Assembly (NCBI RefSeq): GCF_001194135.2
Contig: NC_068988.1
Coordinates: 59,348,993 to 59,412,992, forward strand
Length of the DNA: 64,000 bases
Direction: 5' to 3'
Source of the DNA: Octopus bimaculoides
Lineage: Eukaryota
The notes under the pieces are model-generated. The model did not search any database. It was not told where the DNA came from and saw only the letters and a list, made by a program, of their open reading frames with translations. This document shows positions 39,316-52,330 of the stretch, piece after piece (positions within the stretch are counted from its first letter, which is position 1; each line of letters begins with the position of its first letter). A program made the position numbers and the translations under genes.

Positions 39316-39769
39316 AGTAAATATTTGCCAACATAATGCGGCAGTCCTGGTTAGGACGAATGCGACTGCTATTTGGCGCGAGGAAACATCTTCACCAGCT
39401 GGCTATGCGGCACACTAGAGTACTGTTACTGAATGTCTCTCTCTGAGAGATGTACAAATAGTAATTTTCTATTGTATTAGATCAGTAACTGTGTGTCACT
39501 TTGAAAACTACATATTTCGAACGAGAATCTAGCAGCGCCACCTCTAGTCGGACAATTATTCTGTGCTGATGAAGAGAAAAACCCCGGAAATCGCGGTACA
39601 CAGATATTGTTTTGTGCTGACTGGGCATGCTAAACTCCCTTGTTCGGAATTACATGGACATAGATAGTGTGTGGTATAGCCAGTTGGAGACGATGTTTCC
39701 GGGGACTAAATAGCAGTAACATTCCTCCTAACCAGAAATGCCATGTTATGTTCGCAAATAATCTTTACT
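39316..39769. mobile_element. ~450-bp non-coding element with ~100-bp imperfect inverted arms enclosing a hammerhead motif
   Basis: 39316-39417 is similar to the reverse complement of 39665-39769 (shared aacataa, ctggttagga, actgctattt, ggaaacatc, ctggcta, cacac). The arm sequence also occurs at 18528-18592. Confidence 0.75.
39560..39605 (+). ncRNA. Minimal type-I hammerhead motif, helix II partly decayed
   Basis: ucugug CUGAUGA agagaaaaaccccg GAAA u-cgcg-g UA cacaga: helix I 6 bp, palindromic CGCG loop, GUA site. Spacer length (14 nt) equals that of the 18.65-kb motif. Confidence 0.7.
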
Positions 39770-40044
39770 ATATATGTGTGTACGTGTGTATGTGTATGTA
39801 GTTGGAATTTACAAAAACAAAAAATAAATAATAGATAAAAAATAACAAACAAACAAAACAAAAGACGAGGACGAGTGTGAAAACAACAAACAAATATATT
39901 ACTTTAACGCTCGGGATGTGGGAAAGTATTTTACGTTTCGAGCCTACGCTCTTAGACAGAAAGGAACATAGATATAAACAGAGAGAGAAAATAAAAAAAA
40001 GGTTTAGTGGCTAGCGATCAATCATGGCGTATGCATACATACAT

Positions 40045-40080
<36 letters not shown>

Positions 40081-41229
40081 TATAATTTGACTTCAAATGG
40101 TCACGCTTGCAACGATTCGTTTATAGGTCTATTTTTTAACGTAGGTGACCCGATTCGAACTACTATGAGACAAAACAAAATTAGTGAGTGCAATTTAGTA
40201 GCTTCCATTGAAATATCTCGAAATACCTGTAACTAGTTGTAACGATCCGTCAACCTTATAACATATTCAATAGGTCACATGCGTCCATTCGGATCTGCTC
40301 GTCTGGATGTCCCTTTAAATCATTGCATTTGAACATTATACATATATANNNNNNNNNNNNNNNNNNNNNNNNNNNNNNNNNNNNNNNNNNNNNNNNTATA
40401 TATATATATATATGTATATGTATGTATTTATGTTTGTATGAATCTGCACCTCCTTACATGATGGAACATTCTACATCACTATAATGAGTATGTTTATATA
40501 TATAATGACTCTAAGATATTTTAAATCTTCTGACTTAACATAGTTCACCGCGTATCAAAATGAAAATATATTCCTCACCACACTAAAGCAGTAATATTTT
40601 CCTTTAGATATAAAAGGATTCGTTTCATTAAGTTTGTTTGCAACCGGGTAGCTTTTGTTTTTGAACACTGATGCTTGACTTCATTTTAGAAACAAAACCT
40701 TATCGTCACCAGCTTGGGATCGAAAATAATATATTATCTTTTTAACATAATGATATCGCGTAATTATTTTCCTTTTTGAAATTGTATTCATATTTTCTTG
40801 AATAGTATTGTTAGATATATTTTTGTATCTCTTTTAAGTAGATAATATTTTTGTATTTCTTTTAAGTAGATACATTCAGTCATGGTTCCGACAACTTTAC
40901 TAAATTGCAGAAGACTCTCAATTAGTAAGAGACCCATCTATATCAATTAAGAAGTATTATCTACGGACAATACGTGTTTTGTTAGATGGATATATGTGTA
41001 CCTCCATATGCTTCGGTGCAATTCTTTCTGCCTCTGTATATCTTAAATGCTTTCTACAGTTATTCAATATCGATTCTATGCACATTTAGATGGAATGCAT
41101 AAGCTATGATAATCAAAGTTTTCATATTTTCTGATATATCCTTTCAAGAGAGATCAATTCTCTCTTCACATAAATAATGTTGTTATTCCATGAGCAAAGC
41201 GCCAACAATTACAGTTACGAAGACAAGAA

Positions 41230-41335
41230 ATTAGTCGATATCCTCCACTGCCGTACTACCTTTTATTCAAGCCATACGGATAAAAGGCAAAGTTGACGTC
41301 AGCGGTACTTGAACTTAGAATGTAAAGATCAGAAA
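41230..41335 (-). mobile_element. SINE fragment, diverged
   Basis: ggataaaaggcaaagttgacgtcagcggtacttgaacttagaatgtaaag matches the reverse complement of the family core. Confidence 0.65.
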
Positions 41336-43589
41336 ACAAAGAGAAGCATATTTCTGTAAAACAATCGTTTTCATATTTATTCTTAATAATTAGGGTAGTA
41401 AAATAATTAGGCTTATAAATAAGAGTATGAATTCTGTAATAATTCGATGGCTGTGGTGTTGATGCAATCTGGGAAAATTTAGATATGAGCCTTCCGTTAT
41501 GGTCAGACGTTAGCAAAAGCTTTGTACGGTTGTCTTTAAACCCAGCGGAACTATAATCAAACGCACCCCAACTCTCCTACAGCCATCTGAGGATTGAAAT
41601 ATCTAAATCACAGAATGTTATCTTTTCAAAAGATTGTAGTGTAATTTGAGAGATATATAGCCCTTATTTCAAGCATGTAAGGGAAACACAAAATCTCTTT
41701 ATATTGACTTATGCCTATTATTAATTGCTAGATGATGATTATTATAAGATCAGCTCTGGGTAAACGGAGTTATGAAAAGGGGCGATCCAAATATATTCCT
41801 TGCAGCTTTTATTCATTTCAAGAATACCATTTTTGCTTTCTTTATCAGAAATTTCACGAACTATTTAAAGCCGAGGTGGAATCTTATGACGACAATTTGG
41901 CCCTCACTTATATTGAGTCAATAAACTATCTTTAATTGTTGCTGCTTAACCCTAGGTTATCCCTGAGGAAGCTATGATACCATGCATTCTTCCTTCTGAT
42001 CTATGTGCATGAAGCTATATCTACTCCCTTTCATGACAAAGTGACCTTACATTGGAAATTGTGTTCCGTGTTAAATGGTTGGTGGAAAACCCTGTCTCTC
42101 TAAGGGAGTTACTGATGTGGTGATCTTTTATATGCCAGACAAAATAGTTTATGATCATTTCAGTTAAATTTCAAAATTGATCTACACAATCGCCATATTC
42201 AACAACAACTGCAGATCATGTAATATGAATGTATTACATTTTAACAATATTTAGATTACAGCAGTGAATTATGTTCTTCCGTAACGCTCACAATGACTTC
42301 CTGAAAGGCATCAAACAACCACGAATCGATCGTTTTGTATTTTGACATATAAACAGGAATATTTATGAATTAAAAGAATAGAAATGCAGGATAAAATGAA
42401 AAAAAAATTCATTATCACTACTACAAATGTTATTACAAAAATAATGTATATAAAGTTCCCAGGATAAATGACCATGCGCAAGTATTATATTAATCTCATG
42501 GCTAGAAAGGGAACATGCAGCATCAGCCACAGATACAAAACAATCCACTGCTCCAAAGAGAATTTCGAAACACGAAACACATTAAGTACCAAGTGAAGTT
42601 CATAATGATAAATACCACGATAATACTACAATAAAACTAAAGTGCCACCATTACAGGTAATATGTAGTTTCACCATCGAAACTATTCTGTAGAATGAACC
42701 ACAGAAAAATAGCATACCACGTACCTCTAAGGAACTATATAATTAACGATACAACGAAACGTAATGTATAATCCTGAGTTTTGCATATAGGTTATTTTCA
42801 TTTGACATTCCGAGAGGATTACTTCTCGCATACATAAAACATAAAACACTGTATTGAATTGTGAGCCGTTTTGATCAAACAAGAAGCTATGTATTACACC
42901 CCCCCACACACACACACGCACGCACACACAAACAAAGGAAACTATATATACATCTACAGAGAGAGACAAGGGAGGAAAGAGAGAGAGAGCGATGAACATA
43001 GTGGAGGTAGAGAAAAATAGATAGGTAGATAGAAAGATTATTATAAAAGTACATAGTTAGAGACAGATGGAATGGTAGCTACAGGGATATAAGTGTACAT
43101 ATGCTTGCATACACAGATATACATACAGAAACACAACGACACATATTTAGAAATACATATATGTAGAGGTGTATACGCTGCATAGCTGCTGACGGTCAGT
43201 AATTCTGTGAGGAGGTTGCCTGTTTCATATTAACATGGACATTTAACGGCAATTTCACCGTGAGAGTGGGTGAGAAGACTGGAGAGGTGCCTTACATGTA
43301 CAATATACACGATAGATAATTACTATGCATTCACTCATGCTGGCGCATACACACACAAACAGACACACATACAGTCACACACACAATCACACACACATAT
43401 AGATATGCATTGGTGAAAATGTGTTAGAGTTGCAAAAGTTTATGCCTGGTAACAAGTTCTCTAACCACATGATTACGAGTTAAGGCCCACTGTGTGTCTC
43501 TTTGGGAAAGTGTTTTCTTCTCTACTCTTGAATCGAGCAGGGTCAGTCGTCTGAGTTCATTTTGTGGATGGTTACTAAAAGAAACGCAT

Positions 43590-43745
43590 CCGAAACTGCA
43601 AAGACGATCTGCTCCTCGACTGATGATCAAAAGTTCCGAATGACCCGTCCTTGTTTTCTCATGTCCTTTTTTGTATCATCTACTGTCCGAATGTTTTGTT
43701 GTCACCTGTTACATTCTTGATACATTTTGTGTTTTGATTTTTTAT
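43590..43745 (+). repeat. Interspersed repeat, copy 1 (paralog at 44728-44890)
   Basis: gaaactgcaaagRcgatctgc..gactgatgat..ccgaa..gtccttg..tgtatcatct..gtcacctgtta is shared by both copies. Confidence 0.85.
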
Positions 43746-44110
43746 ATATAAATATAGCGGCGTACGCCTAGGCGGGCTATTTAAGCTAGTCGTGTACATA
43801 CGTGCATATATATATGTGTATACATCCGTATATGTAAGTATACTGTTTATATATACATATTTGTATTTATGTGCTTGAGTATATTCCACCGATGAAGGCA
43901 AAGCATTATTTATGCAAAGCCAGAAATCTGGGATCTGGAATTATCTTGTTATTTTACTGGTTTATTTTGTCTTCGTCTTCGCTCCTTGTGCTATGTGGAC
44001 ATTTATTGTGGTTTAGAGTCAGGATTTGACTGCTATTTTTCAGGGTGGCGGTATCTCTTAGATACCCTGTATTATAATTTATANNNNNNNNNNNNNNNNN
44101 NNNNNNNNNN

Positions 44111-44151
<41 letters not shown>

Positions 44152-44727
44152 AAATATATATATACATATATATATATATAAATTCTGTACGACTCTTACC
44201 CTTTCATTTAGCCACTTTCACAGTTTCTTCGTTCTTTCCACTTTTCTTTTTCTCGCTCCCACGTTCTCTCATATTTCTTGGCATTCCCTTCATTCTCATC
44301 ACTTTCTCTCCTCCTCTACTTCACTCTGTTCCTTTCCTTGTGTCTTTCTTTCTCGTCTCTCCCCAGTTTTTTAATCCCTCTGCTCACTACCCCCTCCTCT
44401 CCTTGCACGTGACTGGTGTTCGGCCAAGCCTGACTTTTCTTTCTTGGTTCGACAATCATCCTTGTAGCGTCTCTTGTATTTCTTCGCATGACTTTCATCC
44501 AGTATGTTTCTGCCCTAAGGCTTCACTTCCACACACACCATCTTAATTTAATTCATCCTGTTGTTAATCTCTGTCCTGTTGCTTCTATTTATAATTGTGT
44601 ACCATTTCTCCGTTTTTTCGTCTTTGTTTTCCTATACATTCTCTTGCTTTCTTCCAAAGAATCTAGTACTTTTGGCTTAGATTTTCTTGGGGCCGGCCAG
44701 ATTAGAGCAGTCACGAGATTAACCGGC

Positions 44728-44890
44728 CGAAACTGCAAAGGCGATCTGCTTCTTGACTGATGATTGAAAGCTCCGAATTACAAGTCCTTGTGTTTTGTTG
44801 TCCTTTTTTTTGTATCATCTGACTGTCCGGATGTTTTCTTGTCACCTGTTATGTTTTGTTCCATTTTTTTTGTTTTGATTATATATGTAT
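44728..44890 (+). repeat. Interspersed repeat, copy 2 (paralog at 43590-43745)
   Basis: Same shared blocks as copy 1; both copies end in AT-rich microsatellite. Confidence 0.85.
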
Positions 44891-45769
44891 ATATTTTATG
44901 TATTGACATCGATAATAATAACAATATTGATATCTATATAAATATTCTATTCTGAATATTTTTGCTGATGACTAGTACTGTTCACATTGAGACTGTCCAC
45001 ATTTTGCCGCTAAGCATCTACGGACGCCAGCAGATTTTAAAACTGCGGACTTTTTCTAAGGATTAAGATGTGCTGAGAAAGGTAAGAAATTTGTATCGAA
45101 TGAGAAGCCGGTCCACATATATATCTGTTCCATTGAATATATAGATTTGTACTATATAGGTATGAGAGATCTTTTTTGGTTCGCTTGCCAGTAAACTGTT
45201 GTATCTGTTGTTTTCAGTGTAATTGTTTTTGGTGCAAATGAGAGTCCTAACTCTTGTTTCTGGCGGATAGACATTTCGTTGTGATCTTGATTAATATAAT
45301 TCTAATTTTATAGGTATGTAACGCTGATTTATGCCTGCAAATGCATATATCAATATTGTTGTTATTATGCACTATTACTATTGAATTCAATAATAATAAC
45401 AATATTAATGTCTATATAAATATTTTATTCTGAATAGTTTTGCTGCTGATATNNNNNNNNNNNNNNNNNNNNNNNNNNNNNNNNNNNNNNNNNNNNNNNN
45501 NNNNNNNNNNNNNNNNNNNNNNNNNNNNNNNNNNNNNNNNNNNNNNNNNNNNNNNNNNNNNNNNNNNNNNNNNNNNNNNNNNNNNNNNNNNNNNNNNNNN
45601 NNNNNNNNNNNNNNNNNNNNNNNNNNNNNNNNNNNNNNNNNNNNNNNNNNNNNNNNNNNNNNNNNNNNNNNNNNNNNNNNNNNNNNNNNNNNNNNNNNNN
45701 NNNNNNNNNNNNNNNNNNNNNNNNNNNNNNNNNNNNNNNNNNNNNNNNNNNNNTATATACATATATATG

Positions 45770-45820
<51 letters not shown>

Positions 45821-46676
45821 GTATGTATATATATACTGGAAAAAATTGCACTGATTGACACTTGCATGTAAGTATACACATACGAAATCACTCACTCTTT
45901 GTCTATCTCTATCTCTACAAATAGCATCCCGTGTAACATAATTCCAGCATTCAAACATATACATAGATATTCAAAGCAAACAATAATATGTTCGAACACG
46001 TTTCAGCTTAAATACGCATAGTTATGAAAAGAAACTTTTCCTTATCTTCGGTTTTTGTTCATTCAGTCTTTAACGAGTGGTCTGATTTGGTATTGTCACG
46101 TAAAGCTATTTCTGATTATTCCCATTATTCACTGGAGATTTGCTTTCGGCATGTACATTAGTATTAAGAATGACTTTTTTTGAATCTCATTTTTTTTTCA
46201 AATCTAATTTAAGTCACTAAATCACAATTCAAATCTTTGAAATTTCTTCTTTGACATGGTATGTATAACTATTTACTATTTTATATTTTTTTATGCAAGC
46301 AAAAAGCAATACATAGACATTACAAAACCCTTGCTCAAATAGTTATAATGGACATATTTATTTTGAAAGCAGCAACATCAGCAGTAGTATTAGGGAGTTT
46401 TTCTGCCCCTTTTGCTATTTTGATATCAAAAATATTTATGCTGCTGTTGATAGTTTATATATAACATCAACATATCACATGTCATCAGAAGCTGAATATT
46501 GTCATTTTCAAGTCCATCACGAAATTTTGTGGTTATTCATAATTTACAGTCAGAATTTAAATGTGTTACATTAAATGATGACATTTAACCAGGGAATGAT
46601 GGACGGGTATTTAGTCTAACATCGACAATGGAATAGAAGACGAAACAGGACTTCGATAAGGTGTGAATGCATAGAG

Positions 46677-46707
<31 letters not shown>

Positions 46708-46986
46708 NNNNNNNNNNNNNNNNNNNNNNNNNNNNNNNNNNNNNNNNNNNNNNNNNNNNNNNNNNNNNNNNNNNNNNNNNNNNNNNNNNNNNNNNNNNNN
46801 NNNNNNNNNNNNNNNNNNNNNNNNNNNNGGGGGGGGGTGTATGTGTGTGTGTGTGTGTGTGTTTGTGTGGGTGTATTGTGTGCGTGTGTGTGTCTGTGTT
46901 TGTGTGTATGTGTGTGTTTTAAATAAGATGAGACAACAAAACCAAGGTTGTGTGAAGTTTTCAGGACGTTTATAAAGAGAAAGTTT

Positions 46987-47034
46987 GTCTAACAGCAGTT
47001 TCTGGGATATTAGGGATATCCCTTCATCAGAGAC
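46987..47034 (-). ncRNA. Type-I hammerhead motif
   Basis: Minus strand reads gucu CUGAUGA a gggauau-cccua-auauccc a GAAA c-ugcu-g UU agac: helix I 4 bp, helix II 7 bp, GUU site. Confidence 0.7.
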
Positions 47035-47809
47035 GATGAGTGATGTTTAAATAGAAGGAAATACTAGAGTTCAGTACAGGAGTTATTGTGGAAAAGGAAG
47101 CAAATAAAGAGTATATATGGAAATAGGAGAATGAATGTAGACATAAAAATTAAAATGTATAAAGATGTTATAGTTGCAGTTACATTATTCAAGGAAAGTG
47201 GTGTGTAGAAATGGTATAAATGCTTCCTATCCGTGGTATGTAAATTCCAATAGGGGTTTATATTTTGTCATCACAGATGGAACCGTGGAGACATACATTC
47301 CATGTGCTGTTCATACAAAAGGGTCTTGTGGTGTGAATAAAAATGTGAGACCGTAGTGATAGTATTAAGTGGATAGAGATGGGAGAAGAGATGTGTATGT
47401 TAAAATGTAGAGAGGTCAAAGGGAAAATGAGAAAAGAAGTAAAGAAAGAGCAAGCGAAAAGGAAAACAAGTAGAGAAAAGGAAAAAAAGTGTTAAAAAAG
47501 ATAAAATATGAAGACGGTGTATTAGTTGGTGGCCAAGATTTTAAGAGGGGTGATGGGGAGGAGTATGGTAAGAGTAGGAAAAAAATAAGAATGTAAATAA
47601 TAAATATGTATGAGGTGTATGATATGTTAGAATGGCATTAAGGTTTGGGTACGGCAAAATGTATAGGAGGAGTTTTTTTTAAAGTGAGTAGTAAAGCACA
47701 AAACGAAAGGGCAGAATGCTAAGAACGATCAAGTTTCTATAAATAGACTTATGTAATAGTGTCGGTAGAAGAATCAGGGAAAGAGAGAAGTGTATATTGA
47801 TATACGGAC

Positions 47810-47971
47810 ATACGCACGTACATATATGTGTGTGTCTACGCATTATGATGTAGGCATGCGTACTTGTGTATCTAAACACGGACGCATGGATGCATATATA
47901 TACACATACATATACACGTTCAGACATATACAGAAATACGCAATGTATGCACGCACAAGAACACAACTGTT

Positions 47972-48055
<84 letters not shown>

Positions 48056-48151
48056 AATATAGATACCCATAAATGCATACACGTGCGCACATATAAACTC
48101 GTATTTGTACACGTATACACACTTACACGCACACAAGCACACAACCTTGCG

Positions 48152-48239
<88 letters not shown>

Positions 48240-48290
48240 CACATACGCACATACATCCTCATACATACGCCTATGTATGCCCATATGTGT
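47810..48290. repeat. Mixed (AT)/(CA) microsatellite cluster
   Basis: Direct reading. Confidence 0.9.
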
Positions 48291-48379
48291 AGTATTAAAC
48301 AGTTAAATTAAGACTGGAGAGTTAAAAAATTGATGGTAAGTCAAATAGGGTTGTTATGCCTTACCTAAGTGGTTTTCGG

Positions 48380-49480
48380 GATATGTGCTGAGTGGTTATT
48401 TAGGTTGCATTTAGATTTGTGGTAACATTTGAAGGTATGGAAAAGCGTTGGTTGCATGTACCTAGGGCTTCGTTATATTTATCTAGTCGTATAGAAAAGT
48501 TGTGTTTTAATATGGGAATGCCTCTTTTAGTCATAGCTTACAGGCTGAGCGTTGACCTTAGTATGGAAGACCTGAATATATTATGGACCATGATATTATA
48601 TAGGGAACATCTATATTTTTGAGAGGTTGTATGTGACTGCTTAGTGTTTCTGGTATCTAAATGAATTGAGATGCGCAGCGTATCGTTGTTTAAAATTTAT
48701 AGTTGATCCTATATATATGGCCGTAGAATTGTGTAACGTGTTTACGGCGTTGCATATATAAATTACAGTAGATATCCTGCAATGGGTTTGTAGATGGCAG
48801 AATATCTCAGGACGACATTTACATGGTTGTGCAGTGTGAAGATTATCCTCGGGAATGGAGGGGGTAATACTGTCAAAGGAGAGGTTAGGGATGGGTGTAG
48901 ATTGGTCTATGTTATTAGCAATATTATTACTACTATCATTACTATTTCTAACATTGTTGTTATTTATCCTATCCGTAATAGTAGTGGAAGTTGTGGTCGT
49001 CGTATTTTGGTTTGTGTTAGTGGGATTGGCAGGGTTTCTGTTGTGGACTAAAGTATAGGGTTCGACATGGGAGCTATGTATATGTTGGGCACTTGTGTAT
49101 TCAAAGCTGTTAGAATGTAAGTTTTGATAATAGAGAGAAAGTTTTCGTTTCTTAGATGCTCAAAGTTGGGTGGGGAGGAGTAGGATAGTTTTAAGGTTGA
49201 ACTATCAAAAATTGAGTAATATTTATGTTAACAGGGGAGGTTTGAGTTCTGTATATTAAAAAAGGATTTAGCTAAGTTCTTGATATTTAGTAAGAAGGGG
49301 TGTGTGCACCATGTAATAGAGCGTCCACCGCTTTTTTGTAGTTGTTTAAGGGTTGTGTTATCTATATTTTTGAGACGTTCAACCGTCAATGTTACATATT
49401 TCTCTCTTAAAACATTAAGAGTTTTGAACTTTATTTCTTGCAATATAGGCACCTCAGCACATCCAGTCACATTTAGCGAC
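48380..49480 (-). mobile_element. Decayed PLE 3' part: RT thumb, CxC linker and GIY-YIG endonuclease (probably the same type as 4590-5310)
   Basis: RSITWCTHPFLLNIK (NPP motif region), STLKLSYSSPPN, PCKCRPEIFCHLQTHC (48815-48823 = CKC), VIY..IYIGST (48707-48766), FKQRYAAHLNSFR, ISWSII..PY..CKL*LKE. Confidence 0.85.
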
Positions 49481-51503
49481 GTTAAATATTTCTTGTGTGG
49501 AATTATATAGCGCCTAGCTGTTTATACTAATTCATATGTGTGTGTTTGCGTGCGTGTGTGTGTGAGTATATATGTGTGCGTTCCTGTGTGAGTGTGCGTG
49601 TGAAAATGGTCATATGCGCATGTGTTTGTGTTTAAATATTCGTTATACATCATATTTTTTTCAAGTCAGACTCCAGTTTAGATCTTTATACATATCCAAG
49701 CACAAGATCTTCAATTAAGTTACGACTAGGAAGAGATTGATGCGACAAAAGTAAAATATATATTATTATTCTCTACTATTGTGTTGAAAGTACTTTTTTC
49801 CGACATTTAATATTAAATGGATATAAAAGCAGCTATTTGAGAGTATGCTTACGCATGTGTGTGCATACGAGTGTGAGCGCGTGCGATATGCATGCTGGTA
49901 TACTTTAGCGTTGCACCTTCCACCGTGAAGGAAAACTAATTGCAATCGAACGGCATTTGCGTCATAAAGCGTTAAAAAAATAACCAAAATCGTCCATTGG
50001 CTTATTAGAAATTTAAGAGAATTCGGTTTCGAAATCACACATATTCTTACATACATACATGCATACATACATACATACTTACATACATACATATATACGT
50101 ACATACATACATACATGCCTAAACATATCCATTCATGTATGCAAAATACACACATACATACATGTATATATACCCATGTATTATATGCACGCATATAAAC
50201 ACATCATTTTGAAATTAGACTGTTCTTTTGTGAGCGATAAGCATCGAATCTTAATAGTAAATTTTCTTGGTATTTGAACGAATTTTATCGTCTCTTCCAT
50301 TCTTGCATTAACATCATAAAAGAAAGTAGCTAAAAGAAATTCCTCAATTGGCAACATTTATAAAAATCTAATAATCAATATGTCTCTATCGGATAATGAA
50401 AAAATATATATGCCTTCCTATCCTTTTCCTTCGTCTTGTCATGATCTTTGGCGGGGCTTATGCTCTAAATACAATATGTATGTTGAAATGGAATAATGTA
50501 ATTCTACGACACACGCACGCACACGAACACACCCACACACACACCCACATACGCAAACACACTCACATACGCAAACACTAAGAGATTTATATATTCATAT
50601 TTATGTGAATACATATATATTTGTGTGTGTAGTATGAGGTTTATATGAAGTATGTCTGCATGTCTAAGTTCTCTCCTCTATATGTGTCATTCTAACACTA
50701 TTCACATTTTGTAAAATTTCTGCTTATTGTACATTTCTTATAATGGGTTTTTTATGGTCTCCTCCGTTCCCCTCTCTACTCCGTTATTCCAGTATCATTT
50801 TAATTTCTCTTAATTCTAATTTCTAATTATGTATTCCCTTCTCTCACATGGGCAAACGTATATTACGATATTGTTATAACCGTTTACATCCCATTACCTG
50901 CGTTTCCATTTTTCATTCATTGCGTTTCGTTCTTTGTGAAAAGTTGCCATTAAGTTATGATTGAAGTCATAACTTGTGTGTTAAAATTATAATTAGGAAG
51001 AAAGTATTCTTCTTCCTTTTATTAGAGGCCCATACCTTAATATAAGTTAAAGGTTGATTCAAGTAATATGATTTTACACCTAAACCTCGTTCGAGATGTT
51101 TTTCGACAGTGTAATTTTGATATCTATAATCTGTCTCATTGTTAAAATGTATCATTAAAGTCTAACCTAATATATTATACCGGAATATTCGTGAAAGATT
51201 AAATTAAATATGATTAAACCCTGTCCGTTGCCTCAACAACATGTTAAAAACAAAACTGTTTTATTACATTGAAAAATCTAAAATTTCGAATTAATTAATA
51301 TCTTGTATTTATTTCAGGTGCATGTTCCATTTAAAGATTCAACACTCCTAGAAAATATTTTGCGTCTGTCTCCAAACTTTATCTTAGATAAACACACTGT
51401 TTTTCTTAATATGACATTGCGTATTGAGAAAATGACCATACATACATGAATATTCATGTCTGTTACTGAATCATTACATTGTTGTAAACTGTATGTCAAT
51501 ATA

Positions 51504-51550
<47 letters not shown>

Positions 51551-52269
51551 GTATGTGTGTATGTATAAAGGTATGTCTATATTATATTATACGTAGATGT
51601 CTGTGTGTATATTCACTTGAGTGTGCATGCACATAATATATCACGCTTAAAATGTAGTCTACCTCAGCTAAAGTTTAAGCAACCTTCACATGTATCATAT
51701 GTAGATAGGGGCTGAATGTACACACAAGATGTCCACTCTGTTCTAACACCGGCATACTTAAGCACGGAGTACATTTATTTTAAACTGTTAACCCAACGTC
51801 TGATGAGAAGACACTATCGTTGGAATCCCACTCATGTCACTAATACCATTTCTGAGAGAAACTGTAAGAACAGAGATAATAACAATGACAGCATTGTTGC
51901 CATATGTGTGCCATTTACCAAAGAATGATAGAGACAATTTAGAATACACACAAACAGATCAGATTTCTTATCTCCACACAACGTGACTGAGTGGTAGAAG
52001 TTGATCTGTTGAAATAGATAACGGTTCCAACGCACATGTCACAGAACTTGTTTAGCCATCTTGCTTTCTAAGGCAGCAAAGCACTGGTTGAAGGTAAAGG
52101 TGTCTTAATAGAAGATCTGAATAGGATGTATTGTTGTAAGACACAAAACATCAAATGTTCCTGAGGTCCATCAGTTGCTATGGTATCTGCTCATGTATAC
52201 TGAACTAAGGAAGAGTTATTCAAAAGAAAGTCTGTTAAAGCTTTAACTGAATATCGTCCTGATCGGTCA

Positions 52270-52330
52270 ATTTACTACTCAGTAATAATATGAGTTGCTA
52301 TGGGAACACGTGTTGGGAGTATTATGAGAA
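52270..52330 (+). mobile_element. Possible PLE RT motif fragment
   Basis: IYYSVII*VAMGTRV resembles the PLE (Q..)GxAMGT motif; very short. Confidence 0.35.

Noticed and set aside
44895-45450. ~70-bp AT-rich direct repeat (about 44900-44970 and 45380-45450)
   Set aside because: Low complexity and next to a gap; no evidence of function.
51795-51880. CTGATGA followed distantly by GAAAC
   Set aside because: No convincing helix I, and no UH cleavage site after helix III.
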